Assembly: GCA_964016885.1 (NCBI GenBank)
Contig: OZ024763.1
Coordinates: 11,408,001-11,472,000 of the forward strand
DNA length: 64,000 bases
Direction of reading: 5' to 3'
From: Eledone cirrhosa
Taxonomy: Eukaryota
Positions 13,126 through 25,130 of the stretch are shown piece after piece. The notes under the pieces are model-generated. The model was not told the origin of the DNA. It was given only the letters and a program-made list of their open reading frames with translations, and ran no database searches. Position 1 is the first letter of the stretch. The number at the start of each line of letters is the position of its first letter. Made by a program: the position numbers and the translations under genes.

Positions 13126-13499
13126 ACAAAGTAAAGGTGAAGGTTGTATTTTCTTATAGGAAGAGCAATAAATAGACATCCTGTTTACACCCACACATAC
13201 ACACACCACATCTACACCTCCACCATACATCAACACAGCCCCCCCCCCCGCACACACCACAACTACGCCCCCACCATACATCAATACAGCCCCCACACAC
13301 ACACCACAACTACACCCCCCCACACACCACAACTACACACACACCATACATCAACCCCCCCCCACACACACACACATCACCACCACCAATATCACCACTA
13401 CCAATTTTGTCACAATAACTGCTGCCATCGCATCTTGCCTCAATTGGGACAACCTGTCTAACCCATGCTAGCGTGGAAAATGGATGTTAAACGATGATG

Positions 13500-13533
<34 letters not shown>

Positions 13534-14012
13534 ATATATTATATAATTTTTCGGCTCTGTTGGATAACATTGAGCTATATCTTATACTGTCATTTCTCTA
13601 ATACGACGAGTGTGTTTGACTCTAATGCACTCAAGTATTTTTATCTTGTATATATATATATATATATATATATTGAATTCACAAGAATCAAAGCTATGTT
13701 CAAAACATTTATTTGCTGATAATTGTTTCTTCCACACCAAGGCTTGGAGTCTTCGGAGCATTTTTAATGTTTGTACATATATAATTGACCTCCTACTCAA
13801 TGTAAGAGACATACAGATACACACATATATATATATTGATGTACAGTGTGGAGTTGCGAGACATGGTCACCCGACCCACCTTGCCTCAAGTGGGACAACT
13901 CCCGTCTAACCCATGCTAGCGTGGAAAATGGACGTTAAACGAAGATGATGGTGATGATGATATATATCATCATCATCATCATCTTCGTTTAATGTCCATT
14001 TTTCACGCTAGC

Positions 14013-14044
<32 letters not shown>

Positions 14045-14095
14045 ATTAAGTCAAATATGTAAAATTTGGCTTTGTTTATTATAAATTATAGATAT

Positions 14096-14150
14096 ACTGC
14101 TATATATATTTCGGTGACAGCCATCATTGTCTGTGACCTCTTCAGGCAGT
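14096..14150 (-). ncRNA. Minimal type-I hammerhead ribozyme motif
   Basis: Minus strand: actgc-CTGAAGA-ggtcacag..ctgtcacc-GAAA-tatata-TA-gcagt; stems I and II pair, palindromic stem III. Confidence 0.8.
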
Positions 14151-14610
14151 CCGAGTTGGTGTGGAAAAGACAGGTACACATGTTGTTGAAGTGTGTTTTA
14201 CTCTGTCAATACTTCGATATGTGCAGCTCCTGGTTGTGTTGTTATTCTTCTGAGGAACTGGAATCATATTTACATTACTCCGGAGTAAACAAACCAACCT
14301 GCGTACTTCGTTGAGTGCTCCAATCTGCATACTGAGGTGTCGGTAAACAACCAACATATACTCAAAAAATATATATATATATATATAATACACACACAAA
14401 AACAAGATGGCATAGGACAGAACAAAGGAGAGGCACAAAACAAAGAAAAGAATCCCCAGTCACCGAAGAGGTCACAGAATGTGTGACAAAAGAACTTTGA
14501 CAATATATGAACAACCGTCCGGTTGTGGAACCAACCAACCGGAAATTTATAACATTTTTTAAATTTATAATTTAATTTATAATAAATTGGAGTGAAAGCA
14601 ACTGGTGCGT

Positions 14611-14870
14611 GTGTTTTGTATTACATGGATTGGAAACCACTTTGGTGCTATGCTTATAATCTATGAACAAATGGAAAATACATAATAAGCGGAAAAAATG
14701 ATAATTTTCGGCGAAACAAACTCTATCAGTAGTTTGTCCAGGAGTTTAATAGTTATTGAAATGGTTCATACATTTTAATTCATTTTTTCCGGTTATTATG
14801 TTTTTTCCCTTTGTTCATAGGTTATATGCATTGCACCAAAGTGGTTTCCGACTCATGTATTTTAAAACAC
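14611..14870. repeat. Diverged inverted repeat (about 90-bp arms)
   Basis: ggaaaccactttggtgc..ctatgaacaaa pairs with tttgttcatagg..gcaccaaagtggtttcc. Confidence 0.75.
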
Positions 14871-14939
14871 ATTTCTTTGTGTGTTTATTTCTATATAATG
14901 TAAAGAGCCCAGTTTTTATACTTTGAGCTCATTAATTAC

Positions 14940-15145
14940 AGAGCGGTAGATTAGTAGCATCGGTAGAGAGTCGGATGCCATTCTTTGCAGCTTAGAGTTA
15001 CGGCCCTTTATGATCTGAGTTCTAATCTTTGCCTTTCATCCTTACGGGGTCGATAAAATAAAGTGCCAGTCACGCACTGGGGTAGATTTAATCGACTTCC
15101 CCTCCCCCAAAATTGCTGGCCTTGTGCCTATATAAGAAACTATTA
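14940..15145 (+). mobile_element. SINE family 1
   Basis: Head and core as other copies. Confidence 0.8.
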
Positions 15146-15207
15146 ATTACAGGGTATTAACACAACTTTTTAACTCTGTTTTTTCATTTATATATATATA
15201 TATATGA

Positions 15208-15692
15208 TGAAGGCGCATGGTTTAATGGTTAGAGCATTGGGCTTGCAATCAAAAGGTTGTGAGTTCAATTCTCAGACCGAGTGATGTGTTGTTTCCTTGA
15301 GCAAGACACTTTATTTCACATTGCTCCAGTTTACTCAGCTGTAGAAATGAGATGATTGGACTGGGGTCCCTATCATTCCACTGCAAAGTGGTCGTGGAGG
15401 TGCCACGGCAAAAAAGCAGCCAGCCCACACTGTAAAGTGGACGTGTAGGTGCCACGGCAAAAAAGCACTCAGCCCACACTGTAAAGTGGTTGTGGAGGTG
15501 CCACGGAAAAAAAAACACCCAGCACTCACTGTAAAGTGGTTGTGGAGGCGCCATGGAAACAAAGCACCCAGCACTCACTGTAAATGAGGTTGGTGTTAGG
15601 AAGGGCATCGAGCTGTAGAAATCAAGCCAGAATCAGTTCCTGTCCCACCCTTGCAAGCAGGGAAAAGCGGACGTAAAATGAAATGATGATGA
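15208..15692 (+). mobile_element. tRNA-derived SINE family 2 with RTE-derived 3' tail
   Basis: ggcgcatggtttaatggttagagc (A-box), gagttcaattctc (B-box), ccttgagcaagacact core, then ggttggtgttaggaagggcatc..ggacgtaaaatga(tga)n identical in kind to the RTE 3'UTR. Confidence 0.8.
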
Positions 15693-15835
15693 TATATACA
15701 TACATACATATAGTCCTATACGAGCGAGTCACGGTCACCTGATCAATCTTGCCTCAAGTGGGACAATTCCCGTCTAACCCATGTTAGCGTGGAAGATAGA
15801 CGTTAAACAGTGATGATGATATATATATATGTATG

Positions 15836-15893
<58 letters not shown>

Positions 15894-15912
15894 ATTATAT
15901 ATATATATATAT

Positions 15913-15982
15913 AAGTAGTAACACAACAGTTAGTTCACCATACCAAGAACAATTGTTTCACTTTAGCGGATATTCAGCTTGG
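15913..15982 (-). mobile_element. Solo Penelope-like terminal fragment with mutated hammerhead (CTGAATA core)
   Basis: Aligns with 42210-42278; abuts (TA)n. Confidence 0.75.
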
Positions 15983-16329
15983 ACTACAGAATTTTGCTTC
16001 AAATGGGATAAAACCGGCCAACCCATGCTAGCATGAAAGATGGACGTTAAACGATGATGATGATGGTATATATGATATATGTTCAACACCTCTTATTCCA
16101 AACAGTTCTCCCCCTGATGACGGAATTCTAATTCTTTCAATATTTATTATTCCAATGTCTTGGAATAATTAATATTGTCTCTTGAATTCCAGAAACTATG
16201 GTTTATTTTAGTCAGTCTAGCTTATATCTCACCAAATAGAGATTTTGACTTGAGTTTAATATATTTTATTACTTCTCTGAGTAGATAATTTATTAATATA
16301 TCTTATCCTTTCATTGAGATGTTTATGTA

Positions 16330-16406
16330 TGAGAGACATATATATAGAGAGACATATACATATATATATATATATATAGTATATATATATATATATACAT
16401 GTATAT

Positions 16407-16503
<97 letters not shown>

Positions 16504-16519
16504 TACATATATACATGTA

Positions 16520-16557
<38 letters not shown>

Positions 16558-16820
16558 TACATGTATATATATATATATATACATAGATGCATATAACTAT
16601 ACAGATATAACTACATTTATATATATATATTTATATATGTATGTATATATGTATATACACACCCCCACACATATATATATATACATTTGCATGTAGCTAT
16701 ACACATATAACTACATTTATATATATATATGTGTATATATATATATATAATATATATATATATGTATATATATGACTATACACACATATATACACATAAA
16801 TATAACTATATACATACATA

Positions 16821-16892
<72 letters not shown>

Positions 16893-17282
16893 TATGTATA
16901 CATATGACTATACACACATATATACACATAAATATAGCTATATACATATAACTATATATATATTCATATGTATACATATGACTATACACACATATATACA
17001 CATAAATATAACTATATACATACATATAACTATATATATATATTCATATGTATACATATGACTATACACACATATATACACATAAATATAACTATATACA
17101 TACATATAACTATATATATATATACATACATATAACTATATATATGCATCCATATAACTATATATATACATACATATAACTATATATATATATTCATATG
17201 TATATACACACATATATACACATAAATATAACTATATACATACATATAACTATATATATAGCTATATACATATATACATATA
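16330..17282. repeat. TA-rich compound microsatellite/minisatellite
   Basis: TA, TACA and 'gactatacacacatatatacacataaatataactata' units. Confidence 0.9.
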
Positions 17283-18049
17283 TTTCTTATAACTGCCTAT
17301 TACATGAAAAGCACCAAAACCATTACCATACCATAAACTATTTCTAAGCTTGCCAAATTATAGTTCTACCAATTATTTATACTATAACATATCTTGTTTG
17401 TAGTAAATAAATAAGTTAATAAGCAGCCAGCTTTCTTTAAGAATTTCTGAAAATCTGAATTTAAAATTTGACCAGCCAAAGAAGCCATTTATATATTTCC
17501 TCGCTAATATTACAAACTTTTACCACAAAATCTTTTCTCTCCATTTTGTTTTCTTTTATTTTCTCATGGGTTTTTTATTTGTATTTTTTTCCATTTTTTT
17601 TTCATGCTTTGTTTTGGGTTTTTTTGTACTCTTAATTTTTTTCTGTTTTTTTTTCTCATCTTTTGTTTGTTTTGGTTTTTTTTTTTTCTCATATATTTTT
17701 CTGTTTTTCTTCGTTTTTACTTTCGTTTTTTTTTTACTCATATTATTTTCTCATTTTTTTCCATTTTTTCTCCCATTTTTTTCTCTCACATTTTTCCTTG
17801 TTTTTTTTCTGTTGTTTTTTGGGTGTTTTTTTTTTGTTGTTGTTCTTGCTTTTTTTGTCCACTGGTAAATGTGGAAATGAATAATAACGTACTTAGCCTG
17901 CTACAAACCAACTGGTGAAGACTTAATAGATTCTGGGTTTTGGTGGACTATTTTTTTTGTTTTTTGTTGTCTTATTTATAACATGGAAGACGGGGGGGGG
18001 GGGGTTATAAATACAAGAGTCTTTACACTACTAAGAAGGAATTCATGTA

Positions 18050-18490
18050 TTCTTTTATTCTGTTACTGCTTTCAGTTATTAGACTGTGGCCATGCTAGAG
18101 CACTATTGTTTTACTGGTTTCAGTCATTTGGCTATGGCCATGTTGGAGCACTATCGTTTTACCGGTTTCAACCAATAGTCTGTGGCCATGCTGGGGCACT
18201 ATTATTTTACTGGTTTCAGTCATTAGACTGTGGCCATACCGGAGCACTGTTATTTTACTGGTTTCAGTCATTAAAGTGTGGCAATGCTGGGGCACTGTTA
18301 TTTTACTGGTTTCAGCCATTTTTCTATGCCCATGATTGAGCAGTTCTGTTACTGGTTTCAGTCATTGGACTGTGGTCATGCTGGAGTACTATCGTTTTCC
18401 TGGTTTCAGTTAGTAGTCTAAGGCCATGCTACGGTACCACTTTGAAGGTATTTAGTCTATCATATCGAACCCCCAATACTTATTTCATTG
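18050..18490 (+). repeat. Diverged ~51-bp tandem array of a SINE-like unit (ttttactggtttcagtcattagactgtggccatgctggagcac)
   Basis: About 7 degenerate units; same core as 31110-33290 arrays. Confidence 0.8.
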
Positions 18491-18639
18491 ATCTTATTTT
18501 TCTTGAACTGTTAAATTTTATGAGACATAAATACAGACATAGACACAAACGTAAACATAGACACCCACCCACCCTCACCCCCACATATATATAATAACAA
18601 TAATAATAACAACAATAATAATAATAACAACAATAATAA

Positions 18640-18975
18640 TGGGTTGGTGCACTGGGAGTAGTTATTAAAAGATTGTTGCAGAAAACAGGGTTGCTTTGAA
18701 CAGCAACAATTCTAAGGAAGGTGTTGGAAAGTTGAAAGAGAAGAAATGAGCCAAAGGGCCTTTGGCCATTGGTTATGGCTCTCCTTTTCTGCCTAACATT
18801 AACACTAAACAGAACTGGGCTAGGGTATAAATGCTACAATGGGAAAATTAACCATCTCCTATATATGGATGATCTAAAGCTGTATGCTACAAATGAAAAA
18901 CAACTCAAAACACTGCTCCAAAATGTACACGGATTCACTAAAGAAATAGGTATGAAATTTGGATTAGAAAAATGT
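18640..18975 (+). pseudogene. R4/Dong-like fragments (C-terminal VGALG..LRKVLES, and RT INHLLYMDDLKLY)
   Basis: Translations; adjacent to (TAA)n. Confidence 0.7.
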
Positions 18976-19154
18976 GCTCTCATCATTGCTATCTACTGGA
19001 ACTGCTGAGAATACATAGTATTGTCAAAGGTATACATTCGCTGATTAACCTAATTTGCATACCGAGCAATTTTACAGCCAGCCTAAATGTATTCGTGAGT
19101 GAATAATAATATTATTATAATAATATCATTATTCACTCATGAATATATATATAA

Positions 19155-19199
<45 letters not shown>

Positions 19200-19799
19200 A
19201 GTATGTGTATGTGTGTACCTTTGATAATACTACGTATTCTCAACAGTTTCAGCAGGTAGCAGTGACGAGAGACACATAGTTTCGATAAGGGGCAATAACT
19301 CCAAAACTATTTTCTCTCTGTTACCGCTGGAACAAAAGGATGACATCAGTCATCTAAAAAATACACATGGAGTTATGAGGCTATCTGCTTGCAAACAAAC
19401 CGAATGTTAATAATATTATTATAATATTATTAATATTCACTCACAAATAAGTATCCCCCATGTTAGAGCAAAAACTAATTTTGTTTATATATTTATATAC
19501 ATATACACATATATATATATATGTGTGTATATTTATATACATATACACATATATATTTATATACATATACACATATATATATATATATGTGTGTATATTT
19601 ATATACATATACACATATATATATTTATATACATATACACATATATATATATATATATGTGTGTATATGTATATAAATATACACATATATATATTTATAT
19701 ACATATACACATATATATATTTATATATACCAAGAGGTCGTTTGCATAATAAATGTATTGCCTCAAGTGCTGTCTGAAGAAGTCATGTCAATAATTATG

Positions 19800-20878
19800 T
19801 AATGCAGCATTACATAATTAAGAATAGCACCACAGAAATAGGTATTACAGCAAATTACGTTATTTCTATCTCTAGAACTATATTTAGAGAGTTCCTCTAT
19901 TTCCTTGGAAGACATATTGTCACCTGTGGGGATAGATACATCTGTTAGAAGGCATTTATTTCTTTGTGGTCTTTGACTATAATATCTGGTCGGATTGCTT
20001 TGATCTCTCTGTCTGTATGTATTGGCATATCCCAGAGAATGGTTGCTTTGTCATTGTCTGACACGTTTTTTGGTGTGTTTGAACCATCTGTTTCTGTTGG
20101 TATTTCATAATGCTGGCATAACTTCCAGGTCCCAACGCTATCATGCCTGTGAATATATTCTTTTTTGGCTAGAGCTGGACATTTCTTCCCTATCTCCACA
20201 TATTCTGCAGTTACTTATTGCGCTTTGTTTCAATATGTACTTCTGGTAGTTTCTGGTCAGTAGACTCTGGTCCTGCGCTACACTTAGAAATCCTTCCATC
20301 TCAGCTTTTAGTCAAGTGCTTCAGAGCCAGTTTTGTGTGTTTTCTTTATCTACTTCCTTTCCATTTAGCTTTTTGGGGATATTGGCCATGTAAGGATTTT
20401 TCTTGCCATTGTTTTAACATGGCATTCTGGATGTCAGTTTTCAATTTAAATCTTATGTCTTTCACAATTTCTGTTGTTTTTTTTTCCCTTTGTTTGCATT
20501 TTCCTCACCATTATCTGTTAGTCCGGTTTCTAATTTGAATTTTTTGGCTTCCTTGAAGATTGAGAACAGTTTTTTGTTTTGTTCATGTTTTGTGGCTATT
20601 TGTATTAGCTTTTCTTTGTTTTTTATTAGGTATTTTTGTAGTCCTACAGTAGTTATTTTATAAAAGTATTCTAGTTGCATAAGACCCCTTCCTCCTTGTG
20701 TTCTTGGTAGGTATAATCTTTCTACGTCTGATTTTAGATGGTGTATTCTAAATGTGGTCATTATTTTTCTTGTTTTTCTATCTATTCCAGCTAGTTCTTT
20801 TAGTGTCCAGTTCAGAACATAAAAGCTGTAGCTCACTGCTGGGATTGCTAAAGTGTTGATGCCAATCACCTTATTCTT
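19800..20878 (-). pseudogene. Decayed, internally deleted R4/Dong-like element
   Basis: DRKTRKIM..HH.KSDVERLYLPR..GGRGL; YIHRHD; ILWDMPIHTDREIKAIRPDIIVKD. Confidence 0.8.
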
Positions 20879-21774
20879 TGTTTGTGTGCACCTGTGTATG
20901 TGTGTGTGTTTGTATGTGTGTGTTTGTTTGTGTGTGTGTGTGAGTATGTGCCTATGTTTGTGTGTGTATGTGCACATTTATGAGTGTGTTTGTGAATGTT
21001 TGCTTTTATGTGTTTCTGAGTGTGTGTATTTGTGTCTATGTGTGTGTGTTTGTGTGGATGTGTGTGTGTTTGTGTATGTATGTGTGTGTGTATGTGTGTG
21101 CACATGTTTTCAGGTAACTCAAGGAGTATCTTTTCCAACATTAGTGACATTTTCAAAGACTTTTTAGCTATAAGAAACCCACACCTCACCACATCACACC
21201 ACCCACTCCACCACATCACACCACCCACTCCACCACTCATATTCATAAATTCATATGTATGAGTATATAAATATAAACGCATTAACGCAGACACTCTTAC
21301 AAAACTACACACTCACAAACATACATTCACACAAATACACATTCATTCACACAAACGCACACACACATACATTTACACAAACACATACATAGACATACAC
21401 TCACACACAGCATAGCAAATGGAACACCAGCCGGTGTTTTGCTATAGATTTTTCCCCATCCTCTTCCTTCCTTTTACACACATATACATTCACACAAACA
21501 CACACACAGACTCATTGTGTGATGGACGGACAGACGGAAGTCGCTCAAATTTATATATAGAATTTGTTGGTAGCACATCAGAAGCTATGTACAGTGACAG
21601 GGAAGAGGGTTCTAAATGTTATAGTATTTTGTTGGTAGCACATCAGAAGCTAGGTACAGTGTACAGAGGAAGTTCTAAATTGATATCATCATAAAGTTTT
21701 TTTTTTCTTTTTACTAATTCTGTGTGTACACTTCAACATTGTGACTACTAACGCCATCTGTTGATATGGGCAGA

Positions 21775-21932
21775 GAATGTAGAGGATATGTGAAGACTCG
21801 AGATAAAAGATGCAAGTTTGCTCCATTGAATGTGTGATGTTAATGTCCATGAATTACAGGGCATGGATGAACTGAGAGACAAACTGAGTATAAGAGGAAT
21901 CAGAGGTTGTATGCTAGAGAGAAGACTGTGCT
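21775..21932 (+). pseudogene. Short decayed fragment of the RTE family
   Basis: Similar to 38200-38350 (E.N.A..L.WMC...LR..L.IRGI....ERRL). Confidence 0.6.
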
Positions 21933-22539
21933 GTACTTTATAAAGTTTTATTTAAATCTCAGTAAAAACAATTTAACACTTTAGCATATACAAATCCCGC
22001 TGAAGTTAACTTTGCCTTTCATCCTTACAGACTCGATAAAATAAAGTACCAGTAATGTACTGGGGAAATTGCTGGCCTTGTGCCAAAAGTAGAAACAATT
22101 ATTCTATATATTCTATTGTATTTTCATGGTAAACATTTTATCTCACATAATTATCTCACATAATATCGAATCAACGAGATTTTGATATTTATTTTAAGAA
22201 CAATACCAGTATGAGCAGCCGGTTATGGCTGGTTTGAACAGAAAGAGCTGAGAGAATTCTGGCCAGATATGGCTGGTTTAAATGCTAAAGGTTTAATAGA
22301 AAAAGAAAGAAAAAAAAATGTTTAAATTGAGAAGAAAGAATGGAATAATAAATAATAATGAAATTATAGTGTACAGTGCTCAGGTGCACTACAACTCATC
22401 AAAGGTGCATATATAGTACATAGACTAATGTACAAATGTAAAATAAGAAAATATTTAAAAAAACATAAAAGGAAAGGAAAGGCAAGGGCTCTAGTGTCAC
22501 AGAAGAATGGGGGAAAGGAGGTGTGTGATGGGGTTCTGG

Positions 22540-22670
22540 GCCTAGGGCACAGTGGTAATGGAGCTGCGCCCCGTTGACAAGACTGCAAAAGCATTTCCGT
22601 GTACAATAGCCAGCGACACTCGCTGCAACAGCCACCCCACCTCGCGGGGCTCCTTCCTCAGAGGGGCCAC
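22540..22670 (-). pseudogene. 3' end of CRE-like non-LTR retrotransposon
   Basis: EPREVGWLLQRVSLAIVHGNAFAVL matches the QR.S.A..RGNA C-terminal motif of CRE-clade elements. Confidence 0.6.
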
Positions 22671-23119
22671 TGACATTCCGACCTTGCAGTCCGATGGAAT
22701 GAAAGAGTGGAAAAGACAGTCAGCCAGATGAAATAGTGAGATATTTAATCCAACGCTCGGATGACTCTGGCAATTTACTGCCAGGCAAATCAACAACACT
22801 AATTAATATTTTGTTATGATAGAGTAATTAGTCTAAAGAGTAATTAGCTGCAATCCAATGCATCAATTGTCAACAGATGAACAAGCAGCAGCATCAGCAG
22901 CTTTCTGTTGCTGTTTAAACACATTGTGGGTGTGGTGGAGGAGGTGGGGGGGGGGGGGAGAAGTGAGTCACAAATGAAATCTAAGGAACAATAGACATAT
23001 TAGTGAGGGAAAAGGTGTGTTTCTCACTTAACTTAGAGAATATATATGGTTTCCTGCTTCCCACCTGTCTCTCTGTTTCATAGTATATTTATATATTTCT
23101 TCTCAATGTGTGTGTGAGC

Positions 23120-23152
<33 letters not shown>

Positions 23153-23215
23153 TATTATTCAGAATAATAATAAATGAAGACATTCACATAATCAAAATAT
23201 ATGTTTTATTATATA

Positions 23216-23740
23216 CTAGCAGTGGTACTCGGCGTTGCACGGGATAAGGTATTGTGAAATATATAACCACCTTAGCTAAGCTTAGTATTGCCACAACCAC
23301 GGCTGGCAAAGAAGTAAGGGTCTGGTGGTACGTAAGTAAGCAACACTGTGGCTTAAAATGTGAGGAAGAAGTTGTGTGCACTTACCAACTGTTTGGGGAA
23401 TGAGTGTGAGATTTGTCTTGAGCAAGAGTGGCAGAATAACAGGAGGCAGCAGACAGCCAGACATACAGACAGATATTATAAAGGCGCGACATTATATGTA
23501 TGTATCTATCTAAAAAGAGAAAGATTAAGAATTATAGAGAGAGATCGCTAAATCGCCTAATGCGGTCCCTAGGTCATTGAAAATTTGAAATTTCTTTTGC
23601 TCAGAACACTCCCTGAAACATAAGTATTACATGTGTAAAGTTTGAAAACAGTCGGTTGGGTGCTTCTCTAGTTTTAGGGATTCAAACTCACACACACACA
23701 CACACACACAGACAGACATCCTCAGTTTTATACATATAGA
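23216..23740 (-). mobile_element. Non-autonomous Helitron
   Basis: Minus strand begins TC(tatatgtata..), carries (gtct)/(gt)n, ends cccgtgcaacgccgag..CTAG; inserted between A and T with no TSD; empty site recoverable from the opposite palindrome arm. Confidence 0.8.
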
Positions 23741-23897
23741 TATTTCAAAGGTACTGCGCAGTTTTTTCAGTACGTCCTCGTCAGATAAAATACATGAATT
23801 GATGTATGACATACCTCAACGGTCTTGAAAGTTCAATTCCAGTATTGGCAGTGATACTGGAATTGAACTTGTGATACTGGAATTGAACTTTCATGTA

Positions 23898-23959
23898 TTT
23901 TATCTGACGAGGACGTACTGAAAAAACAGCACAGTACCTTCGAAATATATATAATAAAA
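23898..23959 (+). ncRNA. Minimal type-I hammerhead ribozyme motif
   Basis: ttttat-CTGACGA-ggacgtactg..cagtaccttc-GAAA-tatata-TA-ataaaa. Confidence 0.8.
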
Positions 23960-23995
23960 CATTTTGATTTCTTCATTTATTATTATTCTGAATAT

Positions 23996-24185
23996 GGCCA
24001 GTGGATTGGCAGTATCGGTAGAGGGTCGGACGCCATGCTTTGACGCATAGAGTTACGGCCCTTGCCATTCTGAGTTCAAATCCCGCCGAGGTTAACTTTG
24101 CCTTTCATCCTTACGGGGTCGATAAAATAAAGTACCAGTAATACACTGGGTAATTGCTGGCCTTGTGCCAAAAGTAGAAACAATT
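23996..24185 (+). mobile_element. SINE family 1, full length with TSD
   Basis: A/B boxes; flanked by direct repeat ttattattctgaata. Confidence 0.9.
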
Positions 24186-24299
24186 ATTATTCTGAATAAT
24201 AATAACTCCAGAAAACTCCTTGTAGAGTGCTTTTAATCTATTGTAAAACTATATTCATTGAGTAATCAATGAACTACATTATTCTTTGGTTATATATAT

Positions 24300-24316
24300 A
24301 TATATTTACATTCCCT

Positions 24317-24373
<57 letters not shown>

Positions 24374-24392
24374 CATTCCCTAGGTATATATA

Positions 24393-24438
<46 letters not shown>

Positions 24439-24455
24439 CATTCCCTAGGTATATA

Positions 24456-24521
<66 letters not shown>

Positions 24522-24590
24522 CATTCCCTAGGTATATATATTTATATATATATATATATATATATATTTACATTCCCTAGGTATATATAT
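24300..24590. repeat. Five copies of 'tttacattccctagg' separated by variable (TA)n
   Basis: Copies near 24305, 24370, 24435, 24517, 24567. Confidence 0.9.
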
Positions 24591-24614
24591 TCATATATAT
24601 ATATTATATTTAAA

Positions 24615-25010
24615 TATGCGAGCGAGACCTGGAAGAGTACGGCAAAAATAGAGAGACGGCTGAACGCTTTCCACCAGCGGTGCCTGCGAAAGATCCTTCG
24701 TGTGTCCTGGCGCGACCGAGTGCGAAACGAGGAGATCCTGCGGAGAGCCGAGTCGTGGACGCTACAGAGAGTGGTCACGGAGTGTCGGTGCCGTCTGGCT
24801 GGCCGCCATATTCTGCGTCTGCCAAATGAACGGCATTCGAAAACAGCGATGAACTGGACTCCGCCTGGCGGTAAACGGAGGCGGGGTTGCCCAAGGATCA
24901 CCTGGCGACGAACGTTCCGGAAGGACCTGATGGCAGCCAACATCACCTGGCACGGTCACCGTTGGCGAGTACTTACTGCTCGATGCGCCAAACAGCGCGG
25001 AAGAATCTAA
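24615..25010 (+). mobile_element. GC-rich RTE-type LINE (second family), 3' ORF fragment
   Basis: [34 protein letters not shown]; 24615-24764 identical to 54995-55144. Confidence 0.85.
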
Positions 25011-25130
25011 GACTAAGATATATATTGGTGATGACACATAAACGAGATCTCTGGCGTTACGCAGTGATACAGAGGACCCAACTTCCCATGGTCACGGTGT
25101 GAACTGGGCGTTTTTTGTCGTGACACAAAC

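Noticed and set aside
12324-13332. Glu/Gly-rich ORF resembling RPGR-ORF15 or neurofilament tails
   Set aside because: Several frames on both strands are open only because of the (CTT)n repeat; no unique coding flank or splice context
23996-24090. tRNA gene
   Set aside because: A/B boxes belong to a multi-copy SINE with tail and TSD; no full cloverleaf
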